A stretch of DNA of 64,000 nt from the human T2T-CHM13v2.0 reference genome, Homo sapiens: assembly GCF_009914755.1 (NCBI RefSeq), contig NC_060937.1. One strand, 5' to 3'. How positions within the stretch are numbered: the first letter of the stretch is position 1; the number at the start of each line of letters is the position of its first letter. A model generated the notes under the pieces. The model was given only the letters and a program-made list of their open reading frames with translations. It did not search any database and was not told where the DNA came from. Positions 62,501 through 64,000 of the stretch are shown here, piece by piece. Position numbers and translations under genes: made by a program.

Positions 62501-64000
62501 CCAGAGGACTATCTGGTTGTCTTGCAGTAGATATCGGATACTGTCTCTTGGATGAATAGAGACTACCTGATCCCAACCAGCAGGGCTGAGAGTCAGTTGG
62601 TGAGCACAATTTCAACTGAACCATTGCTTATAGCTCAGCACCTGTTTTGATTGGTTGATGCCTGTGCCATATTGGCTGTTAAATATGCTTGATATAAATC
62701 CTGCATTCTGGTGAGCCTTTGGTTGAGGTCTCTTTAAGGAAGTAAAGATTAAAGCAGATCTTAGTTGTTCATGTAGCAAAGACATAGTTCACTCAAAGAG
62801 CAGCATGGTGGCTAAAGGTAGTCAAATGGTTGTTACTGTACCTGAACAGCATCCAACAATGCCTCTATATGGTCTTTTCAAACATTGTTAACTTCTCTTC
62901 CATCTTTCCCAATCATACTACAGAATGAGATTTCAGATGGCTTGACCCTAATGATGACCACAAGCCTCAGACTCTTGAACTCAAGCAATTTTCCCACCTC
63001 TGCCTCCTGAGGAGCTGGAACTACAGACATGTGCCACTACACCCAGCTCAGTGCAGGTTTTAAGAGATGCTTTCCCTCCAAATGCTTCTGTAAATAGAAA
63101 TACAGCACTTCTGACACTGTGTCCTTATGCTGAGGAGTGGTGCATACATACCGTGTTTCTCTACAGGATGGTTCCAGACTTTGGGTCCCAGAGCACTCAC
63201 GGTGGGGATGGTGACCTGTTATTAAGTGAAAGACATCCAGAAGTGTAGCCACTGGTGTTTGATCTATGCCCAGAAGAGCACTCCAATAGGACAACAATGA
63301 AGAAACAAAACAAACAAAAAAACCCAAGTGACTGGAGTACCAACGAATTCAGGACCAAGGGAAAGGTTGCAGATAAATTAGGTTGGCTGATCTCTCTAAA
63401 ATTAGCCCACTTGCCAAATAGAGTCAGCCAACTGCAACAAGCAACATCACAATTATTGCAATGTTGTTAAAACCATGAGAATAATAGGTCATACCTAGCA
63501 GTCTTTTTCAAAAGATCAGTTTTAATCAAGGTATACTTTTTGATCAGAGCATTGGGTCATGTTTCTAGAAATGAGCCAGGAATTCAGTGCAGCTTATCAT
63601 CCAGATCCTTGGCAAACTGCATGTGCATATGAGTCTCTGAAAACAATACTCTGAAAGTACAGTCAAGACAGTGGGGAAATGGGCTTGCTGACATCTCCAA
63701 TTTGCAGAGCACCTTGTCCTCCCATAGTCCAGGCTATGATTCCTCAGTGATTCCTCTGGGTCTGTCCACATGCTATTTCTCACCTGGATCTTTCTTTCCT
63801 CCCACTAACCTTACCCAACACCCTATTCATTTACTACCTATAGGGCTGTGAATATGTTCTTTAACTTCTCTGTGCCTCATTTTTATTTTCTCTAAAAGGG
63901 ACAAAATACTGGTTTTTATTTCAGAGGTTGTGGTGAAGATTAAGTGAGTTAATATATGTGAAGTGCTTTGCACAGTGCCTGGCACATAGCGAGGGTTCAA

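Overview
Human (primate) genomic DNA with no protein-coding exon. I recognise it from memory as the 5' part of SLC7A1 (CAT-1, the cationic Arg/Lys transporter) on the minus strand. It has a TATA-less CpG-island promoter (~49.3-50.7 kb), non-coding exon 1 (donor at 50023/50022), a 41.3-kb intron 1, a 100-bp non-coding exon 2 (8663-8762) and the first ~8.7 kb of intron 2. The start-codon exon lies off the left edge, and 50.7-64 kb is repeat-rich upstream DNA. Three known Cat-1 stress-control elements are present where expected and support the call: the exon-1 AARE TGATGAAAC, a uORF starting inside it, and the intron-1 element TGATGCAAC. The rest is mostly transposon-derived. I found no convincing new gene system. 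The best leads are a 1.6-kb G-rich minisatellite grown inside a Tigger3b, a young AluYa5 that completes an inverted Alu pair around exon 2, candidate cryptic 5'UTR exons (one recursive-splice-like, one with an Arg/Lys-rich uORF), and small duplications with asymmetric CpG decay. Repeat subfamily names are by-eye recognition, not RepeatMasker output.
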